Shown one piece after another: positions 1 to 11,691 of a stretch of 64,000 nucleotides of DNA. Source of the stretch: Mustelus asterias (taxonomy: Eukaryota). How positions within the stretch are numbered: position 1 is the first letter of the stretch; each line of letters opens with the position of its first letter. The DNA is taken from NCBI RefSeq assembly GCF_964213995.1, contig NW_027590501.1:124001-188000 (forward strand). The letters are read 5' to 3'. The notes under the pieces were generated by a model. That model made no database searches and was not told the origin of the DNA. It saw only the letters and a list, made by a program, of their open reading frames with translations. Made by a program: the position numbers and the translations under genes.

Positions 1-590
1 TTCCGTACCCTCTCCAAAGCCTCCACATCCTTCTGGTAGTGTGGTGACCAGAATTGAACACTAGATTCCAAGTGCGGTTTAACTAAGGTTCTATAAAGCT
101 GCAACATGACTTGCCAATTTTTAAACTCAATGCCCCGGCCGATGAATGCAAGCATGCCGTATGCCTTCTTGACTATCTTCCCCACCTGCATTGCCACTTT
201 CAATGACCTGTGTACCTGTACACCTGGATCCCTCTGCCTATCAATACTCTTAAGGGTTCTGCTATTTACTGTACATATCCCATCTGTATTAGACCTTCCA
301 AAATGCATTACCTCACATTTGTCCAGATTAAACTTAATCTGCCATCTCTTCGCCCAAGTCTCCAACTGATCTATGTCCTGCTGTATCCTCTGCCGGTCCC
401 CATCACTATCTGCAATTCCACTAATCTTTGTGTCGTCCACAAACTTACCAATAAAACCAGTTACATTTTCCTCCAAATCATTTACATATATTACAAACAG
501 CAAAAGACCCAGCACTGAACCCTGAGGAATGTCACTTGTCACAGCCCTCCATTCAGAAATGTACCTTTGCACTGCCAACCTCTGTTTTCT
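1..590 (-). mobile_element. CR1 (HER1-like) LINE RT fragment
   Basis: Reverse complement encodes ...KFVDDTK...YSVQFWSPHYQKD; closely similar to copies at 6430-7385 and 50055-51300. Confidence 0.9.
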
Positions 591-829
591 TCTGACTAAA
601 TATCTCGAAACTTCCTAACACCCTGTCACTCTGTGATCCTTGTGACATTTGAAACCAGGTATTCACAAAAAGACTCAAAGAGCATCAGCCCACTGGAGGC
701 TGAGACCAGCCAGTCCAGCACAAAGAAACCCTCCGACCCTTCCCATTGACCAACTGTGAGAATGAACAAAATGCAGTGCTGGAGGCAACTGAGAGCAGAA
801 ACAATAACAGCAGAATCCAACCCCTGTCA

Positions 830-1588
830 TCACTCGTGAACTTGCTGGTGTCTCAGCAGCTCGGATGAAACTCTGAAACGCTTTCCACACTGAGAGCAGG
901 TGAATGGCCTCTCCCCTGTGTGAACTCGCTGGTGTGTCTGCAGGTCAGATGAGTTCGTAAATCCCTTCCCACACTGAGAGCAGATGAATGGTCTCTCCCC
1001 AGTATGAACTCGCTGGTGTATCTGCAGGTGGGATGACCGAATGAATCCCTTCCCACACTGAGAGCAGGTGAACGGCCTCTCTCCTGTGTGACGTAGCTGG
1101 TGTCTCTGCAGGTCGGCTGACTGAGTGAATTCTTGCCCACACTGAGAGCAGATGAACGGTCTTTCCCCAATGTGAACCCGTTCGTGCGTCCGCAGGTTGG
1201 ATGAGTTCATGAATCCCTTCCCACACTGAGAACAGGTGAATGGTCTCTCCCCAGTGTGAACTCGTTGGTGTCTCTGCAGGCTGAATGACCGAGTGAATCC
1301 CTCTCCACACTGAGAGCAGGTGAACGGCCTCTCCCCAGTGTGAACTCGCTGGTGTGACTGCAGGTTGGATAACCGAGTGAATCCCTCCCCACACTGCGAG
1401 CAGGTGAATGGCCTCTCCCCTGTGTGACGTAGCTGGTGTGATTGCAGGTTGGATACCCGAGTGAATCCCTTCCCACACTGAGAGCAGATGAACGGCCTCT
1501 CCCCAGTGTGGCTGCGCCGATGATCTTCCAGCAGGGATGGGTATCTGTATCCCTTCCCACAGTCCACACATTTCCATGGTTTCTCCAT
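830..1588 (-). CDS. C2H2 zinc finger protein, 9 tandem fingers, no KRAB
   Basis: ATG of MEKPWKC at 1588; 252 aa = 9 x 28 aa with HTGERPF linkers; family splice acceptor near 1940. Confidence 0.9.
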   Translation of the reverse strand: MEKPWKCVDCGKGYRYPSLLEDHRRSHTGERPFICSQCGKGFTRVSNLQSHQLRHTGERPFTCSQCGEGFTRLSNLQSHQRVHTGERPFTCSQCGEGFTRSFSLQRHQRVHTGERPFTCSQCGKGFMNSSNLRTHERVHIGERPFICSQCGQEFTQSADLQRHQLRHTGERPFTCSQCGKGFIRSSHLQIHQRVHTGERPFICSQCGKGFTNSSDLQTHQRVHTGERPFTCSQCGKRFRVSSELLRHQQVHE

Positions 1589-2075
1589 GGTGCAGGTGTC
1601 CTTACCTCTCTCTTGAGTGAACAATTCATTGAAACTTCGTCCACACACAGAACAAGATTACAGTCTCTACCCGCTGTGAATGGTGTGATATTTATTCAGA
1701 CTGTGTAACTGGTTAAAGCTCTTTAGTCAGTGCATTGGAACACACTCACTCAAGTGTGGCAGTGTGTTGATGCTTTTTCACTCACACTGACATTTCAAAT
1801 CTTTTCAAATCGACAGACTGGACAATCATTTCTCCTTCTGGATTCAAAGTTCGATGGTATTGAGGTCCCAAGGAATATGACTCTGTCAGATCTAGACGTG
1901 AAGTTTGAGATTTCAGCCTGTGATTCCTCTTTCAATATCCTGTAAAATGAGTTTACAAAAGTCATCAGTGTCAGTACAGGATAGAAATTCAGAACAGACA
2001 ATTTCTATGGAACATTCTTTCCTCTCTCATTCCCCAAAAGCTGTAAATCTCCATCCCACACACTCTCTCCCCATT

Positions 2076-2262
2076 CTCAGCAGGTCTGGTAGCATCTGGA
2101 TGGAGAGAAAAGAACTGATGTTTCAGAGCTTTGACAAAGGGTCATCTAGACAAGAAACATCAGCTCTTTTCTCTCCTTACAGATGCTGCCAGACCTGCTG
2201 AGATTTTCCAGCATTTTCTCTCTTGGTTTCAAACTCCTGCATCCGCAGTAATTTGCTTTTAT
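2076..2262. mobile_element. Palindromic short Penelope-derived element
   Basis: ctcagcaggtctggtagcatctg ... cagatgctgccagacctgctgag inverted arms; related copies near 13843, 22215, 51635, 56560, 63705. Confidence 0.6.
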
Positions 2263-3415
2263 AAGGCTGCAGATACCTCCTCCCAAGTAACATGCGTGTG
2301 CCCAAGACATCACCACTTGTTTCCCTTATTTCTTTAGCACCCATGGTGCTCTCCGCAGTAAACACAGAGGAGAAGTATTCATTAAAAATCTCACCCATCT
2401 CCTGTGGCTCCACACACAGATGGCCATACTGATTTTTAAGGGGACCTATTCTCTCTCTAGCCACCCTTTTACTCTTAATATAGCAAAAGAACCTCTTGGA
2501 ATTTTCTTTAATCTTACCTGCCAGATCTATATCATATAGTCAGAGTGATTCACTTGTCCCCGATTGCCTAAACCCAATGTATGCTTCCTTCTTTTACCTG
2601 ACCAGAGCCTCAATGTCCCTGGTCTGCCAGAGATCCCTAAATTTACCATTCTTTCCCTGCATCTTAACAGGAATATACTGCCCCTGGATTCTTGATATCA
2701 CACTTTTAAAACCTTCCATTTGCCAGTCATTCCTTTCCCTTCAAACAAACTCACCTAATCGACATCTGCTAGATCCTGCCTAATGCCCACAAAAGTGGCC
2801 CTGCTCCAGTTTAGGGCCTTGACCTGTGGACCTGTCCTATCTGTTTTCAGAACTATTTTGAAACTATTGGTGCTCCCAATAGTGCTCCCTGACTGACACT
2901 TCAGTCACTTGCTCCACCTCATTTCTTAACTGTCTAATAGAAAGTGAGTCCAGGAATTGATAATGAAAAATAAGGAGCTGGGAGATGAATTGAACAAGTA
3001 TTTTGCCTCGGTGTTCACAATAGAGGATACAGTTAAAACTCAGAAACAGCTGGAAATCAGAAAACAGAAGTGTGGGATGAACTCTGAAAAAGCACAATGA
3101 CCAGGGAAGTGGTCCTCAGCAAACTGTTGGAGCTGTGGGCTGATGAGTCCTCGGGTCCTGCTGGGCTTCATTCTCAGGTCTTAACAGAGTGAGATAGTTG
3201 ATGTGTTGTTCAATTTTCTAAAATTCCCCATCGGCAATTGGATAAAGGGAAACCGGTGGATGCGCTGTACTTAGATTTCCAGAAGACATTTGATGAGGTG
3301 CCATATCAAAGGTTATTGCAGCAAATAAAAATTCATGCTGTGGGGATGACCATTTGGCGTGGATAGAAGATTGGCTAACAGCAAACAGTGGGCAGAAATG
3401 GATCATTTTCTGGTT
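2263..3415. mobile_element. Degraded CR1 LINE fragments, both orientations
   Basis: Minus strand ERIGPLKNQYGHLCVEPQEMGEIFNEYFSSVF; plus strand AWIEDWLT motif. Confidence 0.75.
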
Positions 3416-3780
3416 TAAGAGAGAGAGAGACCTGGGCCAACCTTTCCAGAGTCTGCAGCCTCCCTGGATTCACTTCCTTTATCTTCAGTTGCTGCAAGTC
3501 CCCAATTTCCCCCAGAATGAGAAAAGAAATGGAAAGGTGGAGAAAAGGAAGTGTTTTACTCACAGATGTCGATGTGTTCAATTTTCTAAAGTTCCCCATC
3601 GGGAATTGGATAAAGGGAAACCTTCCGTCGCCATTACCCGCACTGCGCATGCTTCAGGTCCCGCCCCTCATTCACTCTGATTGGTTGGAGGACCAGCCAC
3701 TCCGCACGGTCCTCCAGCCTCGCCCCCTCTTCCTATTGGTCCGGAGCTGCCGTCAATCAGTGCCCGGGCATTGTGATGTG

Positions 3781-4066
3781 GTAAGAAGTTTAACAACACC
3801 AGGTTAAAGTCCAACAGGTTTATTTGGTAGCAAAAGCCACACAAGCTTTCGAGGCTCTGAGCCCCTTCTTCAGGTGAGTGGGAATTCTGTTCACAAACAG
3901 AACATAAGTTCTGTTTGTGAACAGAATTCCCACTCACCTGAAGAAGGGGCTCAGAGCCTCGAAAGCTTGTGTGGCTTTTGCTACCAAATAAACCTGTTGG
4001 ACTTTAACCTGGTGTTGTTAAACTTCTTACTGTGTTTACCCCAGTCCAACGCCGGCATCTCCACAT
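3781..4066. mobile_element. Penelope-like terminal-repeat insertion forming a perfect palindrome
   Basis: Arms 3781-3903 and 3908-4030, loop ataa; TSD cattgtgatgtg(g) at 3769-3781 and 4067-4079; same terminal sequence starts the Penelope fragments at 24768 and 54390. Confidence 0.85.
3929..3974 (+). ncRNA. Putative minimal type I hammerhead ribozyme (mirror copy on minus strand in left arm)
   Basis: cac-CTGAAGA-a-ggggct/cag/agcctc-GAAA-GCTT-gtg; core boxes, stem II and palindromic AAGCTT stem III as described for Penelope-like elements. Confidence 0.6.
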
Positions 4067-4715
4067 CATTGTGATGTGGAGCATGCGCAGTGTCATTGCT
4101 GGCCTTGGCGCTTGTTTGTCCCGGAGAAGCGGAGTCAGCGTTAGGCGGTGGCTGGGAGGATTTGGAAACACTTTGTGGATCCGCAAACCCTTCAGAATCA
4201 TTGTCAGCTCCCTGGTTTGAAGCTGCGGGGCTTCTCCCTCCCTCCCTCCCGGGAACAGGCCCAGGTTAACGGCCCCATCCTGGCTCAGCCACTGGAGGAT
4301 GGTTCACATCAGAGGATGGGGGAGGGGGACAATAAATAAGAGGTTACACTTTGGCCTCAAATCAATGAGGACTCTGATCTCTGGGAAGGAAGGAAACCCT
4401 GGGAGGTGGGCGGGGAGGATTCACAAACACCCGCTGGAGGCCCCAACACCCCCAGTAAAAAGCTGCAGCTCCCGGGTTTGCAGCTTTTTCCCGGGAGGGA
4501 GTTGGGGAAGTTTTGTGGAGACAATTCCCGGCTGGTTCAGTTAGTGGTTCCTGGAGCTCAGAAACCCTGAGTTAGAATCCTGAACCCCACACTGGGTGGT
4601 TGTTTTATGAAATACTTTTTATTTATTAATCATTAAAATATTAATTTGTTTTGAAAAATAATTTTAAAGCATTTGTGAAAATGCCCATTGAAATAGCAAT
4701 TCTCCCAAAGTATTT

Positions 4716-5044
4716 CATAGAATCCCTACAGTGCTGAAGGAGGTTATTCGGCCCATTGAGACTGCACCAACAACAATCCCACCTAAGCCCTATTCCCATT
4801 ACCCCACATATGTAACCTGCTAATCCCTCGAACCTATTCATCCCAGGACACTAAGGGGCAATTTAGCATGGCCAATGCACCTAACTGGCATATCTTTGGA
4901 CGATGGGAGGAAACCAGAGCATCTGGAGAAAACCCACGCAGACATGGGGAGAACGGGCAGACTCCACACAGACAGTGACCCAAGTTGGGAATCGAACCCA
5001 GGTCCCTGGAGCTGTGAGGCAGCAGTGCTAACCACTGTGCTGCC
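4716..5044 (-). mobile_element. HE1-type tRNA-derived V-SINE with CR1-like tail
   Basis: A/B-box head (gtggttagca, ggttcgattcc), V-domain, ctgtagggattctatg tail. Confidence 0.9.
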
Positions 5045-5997
5045 TACATTGCTGATGAGAATTTTAATTTACTGACTTAGGAATTAATTCTTGGGAATAG
5101 TCATTCTGAAAATGACCATTAAAATGTGTTTAATTTACCCCACTTTGCTCGATTTCAGTTTGCATTTCAAAATTGAATTGAGAATGTCTGGGAGCAAATG
5201 GTAAAATGAGGTTTGAGACACCAGCTGCAATTATTTTCTGTGACTGATGATACCTTTGTGCCTGTGCAGGAGGTAATTCCCCTGCTGTTGTGGCACAAAT
5301 AAAATGGAGCTTTTCCAAGGAACAGGCCCATGTTAATGGTCATCGTGGTGTTTCATTGGTGAGCAGAGCACGTGTGCCCATTGTGGTAACAACAGAGTCA
5401 GTGGGGCTGCACGTCCCCTGACTTGGAAGGAAAATAATTGACTCCTTGATTGTACTCTCAATCTGCACATGGCCTGCAGGACTGAATCCAGCTGGAGGGA
5501 GAGGGAGCTGAGCTCAGAGTGGAGTTGGGGCAATGAGTTTGATTTCAGCTCAGGGACAAGAGAGAGTGTGTGGGATGGGGATAAATGAGACAGAGAAATG
5601 TTTCATGGAAACTGAAATTGTCTGTTCTGAAGCAGTTTTTAAAAACTCTTTGTGCAGGGAACTAGAAGAGGAGGATTCACAGACAGGAAACTCAAACTAA
5701 ACTTCACATCAAAGTCTGACAGAGCCATTGGATTCATCATGACCTAAATATGATTGCTTTTGACAGTGGAGGGATAAATCGTTCCCTGTTTTGTCAGTGG
5801 GAGAAAATTTCAAAATTCAATGTGACAGAAAAAGAACTGAGACACACACATACACCCAAGTGAGAGTGCTCCAGTGAACTGACTGTGGATAGAGCTTTAA
5901 CCAGTTACATAGCCTGAAAAACATCACACCATGGTCTGTATGTGGATGAGGCTTCAACTAATCATCCAACCTAGAGAGACAGAAGGACACCAGCACC

Positions 5998-6430
5998 ATG
6001 GACAAACCGTGGAAATGTGAGGATTGTGGTAAAGGATTCAATTATCCATCCCGGTTGGAAACCCATCGACACGGTCACATTGGGGCTGGGAAAATGGAGA
6101 AACCATGGAAATGTGATGATTGTGATAAAGGATTCAATTATCTGTACTTGCTGGAAAACCATAGACACAGTCACACTGGAGAGAGGCCATCTGTTCTGTG
6201 TTTGGGAAAGGATTCACTATCTCATCCCACCTGCTGTTACACCAGCAAATTCACACTGAGGAGAGGCCGTTCAGCTGCTCTGCCTGTGGAAAGGGGTTCT
6301 CATGTTCATCCAACCTCAGTGCACATCAGCGAGTTCACACTGGGGAGAGATTGTTCACCTGCTCCTTGTGTGGGAAGGATTTTGCTGGGCCATCCAGTCT
6401 TTGGACACAACACCGAATTCACACAGGATA
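5998..6430 (+). pseudogene. C2H2 ZNF pseudogene, frameshifted and truncated by CR1
   Basis: MDKPWKC.../MEKPWKC... fingers, frameshift near 6190, three more fingers in another frame, then CR1 from about 6430. Confidence 0.8.
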
Positions 6431-7385
6431 TATATAATATATATAAATGATTTGGAGGAAAATGTAACTGGATTGATAGGTAAGTTTGCGGACGACACAA
6501 AGGTTGGTGGATTAGCGGATAGCGATGAGGACCATCAGAGGATACAGCAGGATATAGACCAGTTGGAGACTTGGGTGGAGAGATGGCAGATGGAGTTTAA
6601 TCCGGACAAATGTGAGGTAATGCAGTTTGGAAGGTCTAATACAGATAGGAAATATACAGTAAATGGCAGAACCTTTAACAATATTGATAGGCAAAGGGAC
6701 CTGGGTGTACAGGTACACAGATTACTGAAAGTGGCAATGAGGGTGGAGAAGGTCGTCGAGAAGGTATACGGCATGCTTACCTTCATCGGCTGGGGCATTG
6801 AGTTTAAAGATTGGCAAGTCATGTTGCATAGAACCTTAGTTAGGCCGCACGTGGAATATAGTGTTCAATTCTGGTCGCCACACTACCAGAAGGATGTGGA
6901 GGCTTTGGAGAGAGTCCAGAAAAGGATGTTGCCTGGTATGGAGGGCATTAGCTATGAGGAGAGGTTGGGAAACTTGGTTTGTTCTCACTTGAGCGATGGA
7001 GGTTGAGGGGAGACCTGATAGAAGTCTACAAGATTATGAGAGGCATGGAAAGAGTGGATAGTCGGAAGCTTTTTCCCAGGGTGGAAGAGTCAATTACTGG
7101 GGGGAATAGGTTTAAGGTGCGAGGGGTAAAGTTTAAAAGAGATGTACGAGGCAGATGTTTTACACAGAGAGTGGTGGGTGCCTGGTATTCATTGCCGGGG
7201 GAGGTAGTGGAAGCAGATACGGTCTTGACTTTTAAGCGGCGTCTTGACAAGTACATGAATGAGATGGGAATAGAGGGATATGGTCCCTGGAAGGGTCGTG
7301 GGTTTTAGTTAAGTCGGGCAGTATGGTTGGTGCAGGCTCGATGGGCCGAAGGGCCTGTTCCTGTGCTGCAATTTTCTTTGTTCTT
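6430..7385 (+). mobile_element. 5'-truncated CR1 LINE
   Basis: YINDLEEN...KFADDTK RT motif, ORF2 C-terminus, 3'UTR ending tttgttctt. Confidence 0.92.
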
Positions 7386-7899
7386 AGTACACAGGCCAAT
7401 TTATCTTTCTGGGGTCAGTGTGTCTGAGAGGTATGCAACTGGAAAACAATTTCCATTCACCTCCTGCATTGCTGCAGTATATATAGATATTGTTCTCACT
7501 CTGCCAGCAGGGCTGTGGGATTAATTGGACAGATCTTAAAGACAGCCCGACTGGGCAGGATGAGCCAAGTGGTTTCCATCTGTGATGTATCATTCCATAA
7601 AACACAATATTGAGCATCAGGAGAAAGAAAGTGAAAGAAACCAGTCTCTGTGGGATTTCCCCAACCAGTATGAGCACCTTCAGGAGAGCAGAGAGAGAGG
7701 AAACCAGTGGGAAAAGTTTTTAAAATTCAGGGTATTCCCATAGGAGAGCACTGGTTTAAATCAATTTTAGAAATAGAGAATGGCAGCGCACAAATTCCGA
7801 GGAATGCATTTTTAAAAATTAATTGATCTTAATTGCACAAGATAATTTTCTATTATTGTCTTTGATTGACAATGACGTCTTTAATTCCCAGGTGCCCCT

Positions 7900-8300
7900 G
7901 CGGGTGTGAAAGTGTCCTCTTCATTCCACAGGAGCCTATTGCGCAGGCGCGGTGCGAGATCTGGAGCGTGCGCAGTGTCACTTTGCCCAGAGCCCTATGA
8001 ATGCGGGAGATGCTTTTTTCAGCAGGTGAGTCGGTGGGGCTGCGGGAGAAATGGAGCCGGGAGTCGTGGGGTAGGGAGGGAGCTATGGCTTCACAAACAC
8101 CCGCTGTAGGCCGCACGGCCCGAATAAGACCCTGCAGGTCCCGGGTTTACAGCTCCCAGGCTTTTATCCCGGGAGCAGGCCCCGGTTATCGGCCGCCATC
8201 TTGTTTCAGCGGGGAAGGAGAGCGCATGCGCTGCTGTCGGTGGCGGATCACAATGGGCGTGGTTTCAGGGGCTGGTTCAGAACCTCTGTCTTCAGAGGGA
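7900..8300 (+). promoter_or_regulatory. CpG-rich promoter / first exon for ZNF at 9703
   Basis: High CpG, gcgcatgcgc (NRF1-like), cgccatctt (YY1-like), cag|gtgagt donor near 8025. Confidence 0.55.
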
Positions 8301-8303
8301 CAA

Positions 8304-8528
8304 TAGAATCATAGAAACCCTACAGCACAGAAAGAGGCCATTCGGCCCATCGAGTCTGCACCGACCACAATCCCACCCAGGCCCTACCCCCATATCCCGA
8401 CATATTTTACCCGCTAATCCCTCTAATCTACGCATCACAGGGGCAATTTTTTTAGCACAGCCAATCGACCTAACCTGCACATCTTTGGACTGTGGGAGGA
8501 AACCGGAGCACCCGGAGGAAACCCTCGC
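8304..8528 (-). mobile_element. Partial HE1-type SINE
   Basis: Tail and V-domain only; abuts the Tx1 fragment. Confidence 0.85.
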
Positions 8529-8913
8529 AGAGAGGGGTGGGTCAGGATGGCGACCTCCTCGTGAACCTGGGCCTGGCAAAGCGCGCCATTTATAGGTCCA
8601 GGCAGCGGGCGATCGAGGGGGCCGTCCATCCTGACTGTCTGCCCCTCTACTGTGGCTACATTCGCGGCCAGGTGTCCCTGGAGAGGGAACATGCGATGTC
8701 CATGGGCGCGGTTGACGCCTTCCGCCCCCGTTGGGCACTGCAGGGGTTGGGATGTGTTATCGATCCTAATAATCACATTATGATTTGATGTTTTTAAGTT
8801 TCCTTTGTATTTTGATTTTTGTTTGGGCTGCTCCCCCTCCTTTTGGGGAGCTGCCCCTTTTACTTTGTCCTGATTTAACTTGAGTTTGTTTATTTGGTTT
8901 GACCTTAAAAAAA
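8529..8913 (+). mobile_element. Tx1-clade LINE 3' end (ORF2 C-terminus, 3'UTR, A tail)
   Basis: DLLVNLGLAKRAIYRSRQRAIEG...DCLPLYCGYIRGQVSLEREHA...DAFRPRWA resembles Tx1 ORF2 C-termini; T-rich UTR then A7. Confidence 0.7.
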
Positions 8914-9513
8914 GGCCAACATCTGTGAGTAAAACACTTTTTCTTTTCTCCCCCTTTCCATTTCGTTTCTCATTCTGGGGGAAATTGGGGACTTGCAGCA
9001 ACTGAAGGGAAAGGAAGTGAATCCAGTTGGTATGTTCCACACATTGTTAGTCCAGTCAGATAGACATATATCTGTCTGGCAGCCTGCATGGAGATTTCCA
9101 GCTCTCTGTGTCCAGGACAGGAAGCAGTGAGCATGGATCTATCAATCAGCCTCAATCAGAGGGTGAATATTAGATACAGCAGAGTGAGAATGGAGGGAGA
9201 GTGTGTGGGATGGACATTTGCAGCTCTTGGGGAATGAGAGAGGAAAGAATGTTCCATAGAAACTAGAATCGTCTGTTCTCAATTTCTATCCTGTACTGAC
9301 AGTGATAACCTTTGTAAACTCCTTTTACAGGATATCAGAAGTTGAGGATTTTACAGACAGAAATCTCAAACCAAACATCACGTCAACATCTGACAGAGTC
9401 ACTCAATTCATCGGGACCTGAATATCTTCGGTCTTTAAATCCAGAAGGAGAAATGTTTCTCTGTTCTATCGGCTTCAGCAGTCTTTAAACATCAGTGTGA
9501 CTGGAACAGGACT

Positions 9514-9514
<1 letters not shown>

Positions 9515-9545
<31 letters not shown>
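9515..9545 (+). repeat. (CA)n microsatellite expanded in ZNF 5' leader
   Basis: About 15 CA units; paralogs have a short acacac at this position. Confidence 0.95.
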
Positions 9546-9548
<3 letters not shown>

Positions 9549-9702
9549 AACTGAGATTTTCCCATGCAGTGACTGTGGAAAGAGCCTCCCAGTTACACAG
9601 CCTGAAAAAATATTGCACCATCACAGCAGGGCACTATAATCTTGTTCTGTGTGAGACTTCAACTGATGGTCAAACCTGGAGCAACACAAGGACACCTGCA
9701 AC

Positions 9703-10545
9703 ATGGAGAAACCGTGGAAATGTGGGGACTGTGGGAAGGGTTGCAAAACCCCCTCTGAGCTGCAAATTCATCGACGTATTCACACTGGAGAGAAGCCATA
9801 CACCTGTTCTGTGTGTGGGAAGGGATTCACTCGGTTATATCATCTGCAGCGACATCGGTTGGTTCACACTGGAGAAAGAGCATTCATGTGCTTTGAGTGT
9901 GGGAACGGATTCGCTCATTTACCCGATCTGCAGAGACACCAGCGCGTTCACACTGGAGAGAGACCATTCATCTGCTTGGTGTGTGGGAAAGGATTTATGC
10001 AGTTATCCAATCTGTCAAAACACAAAGTCACTCACAGCAATGAGAAACCCTTTAAATGCTCTGACTGTGGAAATGGTTTCAAAAGCTCTCGGGAACTGAC
10101 GATCCACCAGCGGATTCACACTGGGGAGAGACCGTTCAGCTGCTCTCACTGCACAAAGACATTTAGAACATCATCCCACCTGCGGGAGCACCAGCGAATT
10201 CACACCAGGGAGAGACCGTTCACCTGCTCTGTGTGTGGGAAGGGATTCACTCATTCATCCAGCCTGCTGAGTCACAATCTCACTCACACCCAGGAGAGAC
10301 CCTTTAAATGCTCTGACTGTGGCAGTGGTTTCAAAAGTTCTCGGGATCTGGTTATCCACCAGCGCATTCACACTGAGGAGAGACCGTTCAGTTGCTCTCA
10401 CTGCACAAAGAAATTTAGAACATCGTCCAGCCTGCGGGAGCACCAGCGAGTTCACACTGGGGAGAGACCGTTCACCTGCTGTTTGTGTGGGAAGGGATTC
10501 ACTCAGTCATCCAGCCTGCGGAGACACCAGCGAGTTCACAAATGA
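9703..10545 (+). CDS. C2H2 zinc finger protein, 10 fingers
   Basis: Intact 280 aa ORF from MEKPWKC; acceptor ttttacag|g at 9330; internal repeat of a finger block (FKCSDCG/FSCSHCTK). Confidence 0.92.
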   Translation: MEKPWKCGDCGKGCKTPSELQIHRRIHTGEKPYTCSVCGKGFTRLYHLQRHRLVHTGERAFMCFECGNGFAHLPDLQRHQRVHTGERPFICLVCGKGFMQLSNLSKHKVTHSNEKPFKCSDCGNGFKSSRELTIHQRIHTGERPFSCSHCTKTFRTSSHLREHQRIHTRERPFTCSVCGKGFTHSSSLLSHNLTHTQERPFKCSDCGSGFKSSRDLVIHQRIHTEERPFSCSHCTKKFRTSSSLREHQRVHTGERPFTCCLCGKGFTQSSSLRRHQRVHK

Positions 10546-10927
10546 TGACAGGGGTTGGATGCTGCTATTAATCACATCCAGGACTGAACCATGTTCATTC
10601 TGACAGTTGGTGAAGTGGGAGGGTCGGAGGGTTTCTTTCTGCTGGACTGGCCGGTCTCACGACTTTGCTTTTTTGAGCCTGGGAGAGCACATTTCCACTG
10701 AAATGATCCACAAAAGCTGATGAAGGACATTTATTTATCCTGGATAATAAATAATATTTTTCCTACCACCACAGGTAGATCTGAAATAAATACAGAAAGG
10801 ACTGGAAAAATGCATTAGGTCTGGCAACATTTATGGAGAGAGAAACAGTGTTAATATTTCACACTACTGGATTGGGAATCAATCTAGTAAACCTCCTCTG
10901 AACTGCTTCCATGGTATTTATGAAATG

Positions 10928-11240
10928 GGACAGCACGGCAGCACAGTGGTTAGCACTGCTGCATCATAACACCAGGGACCCAGGTTCAATTCCAGCCCGG
11001 GTCACTGTCTGTGTGGAGTTTGCACATTCTCTGCGTGGGTTTCACCCGGGTGTTCCGGTTTCCTCCCACAGTCCAAAGATGTGTGGGTTAGGTTGATTGG
11101 CTATGCTAAATTGACCTTTAGTGTCAGGCGGACTGGCTGGAGTAAATGCATGTGGTTATGGGAATAGGGCCTGGATGGGATGGTGTTTGGTACAGACTCG
11201 ATGGACAGAACGGCCTCTGTCTGTACTGTAGGGATTCTCC
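10928..11240 (+). mobile_element. HE1-type V-SINE
   Basis: tRNA head, V-domain, CR1 tail. Confidence 0.85.
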
Positions 11241-11691
11241 AATCCTTTGTTTAATAGGAGACAAAAACTGCAGCCACTATTCAAGATGCAGTTTCAGCAA
11301 CGCCCTGTATAACTGAAGCAGAACATCTTTACTTCAATGTTCAATTTCTCTCAGAATAAAGGATTGCATTCCATATGTAAGAATTTTGATTTGTTTGAAC
11401 TAAGATTTATGGGGTTCACTTGTTTACAACAACCTCCCTAATCATAACTCACCCAGGTTCCAGTGACTTAACCATATGGCAAGAAAGAACACTTTAAATG
11501 GTGAATTCAGAAAGTTTATTCACCATTAAAAATGTAACAAGTCAGAAAGATAAAAAAGCAAAGTATCGATCAACAGTAAAGGAGAAAGCTTAACTTTAAC
11601 TTCTCTCCATCCCTCTCAGACCAGGACATGAAGTGGTGGCTCTGAGAACATGGATAACTTGTAAAATCAACAGCTCCCAACACCTCTCTGT

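Larger units (their letters stand above)
3420..4460. promoter_or_regulatory. GC-rich bidirectional ZNF promoter / first exons, interrupted by a Penelope palindrome
   Basis: CCAAT (gattgg, tattgg), GC box ccgcccc, NRF1-like tgcgcatgc; minus-strand donor catct|gtgagt near 3560; 3655-4455 paralogous to 30420-30920. Confidence 0.7.

Noticed and set aside
830-1588. 84 bp periodic repeats resembling a CRISPR array
   Set aside because: The period equals the 28 aa C2H2 unit; eukaryotic DNA with no cas genes
853-1644. Long alternative-frame ORFs over ZNF exons (also at 15147, 21333, 21344, 29259, 57088)
   Set aside because: Shadow frames of the 84 nt finger repeat; no independent evidence of coding
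6302-7006. 234 aa ORF appearing to fuse ZNF and reverse transcriptase
   Set aside because: The N-terminal part is an off-frame reading of ZNF sequence running into a truncated CR1
10695-10725. SECIS-like ATGA...AAAA...GA in the shared 3'UTR, tempting given the conserved upstream TGA
   Set aside because: Spacing is far too short for SECIS helix II, and the shared stop is TAA in two paralogs
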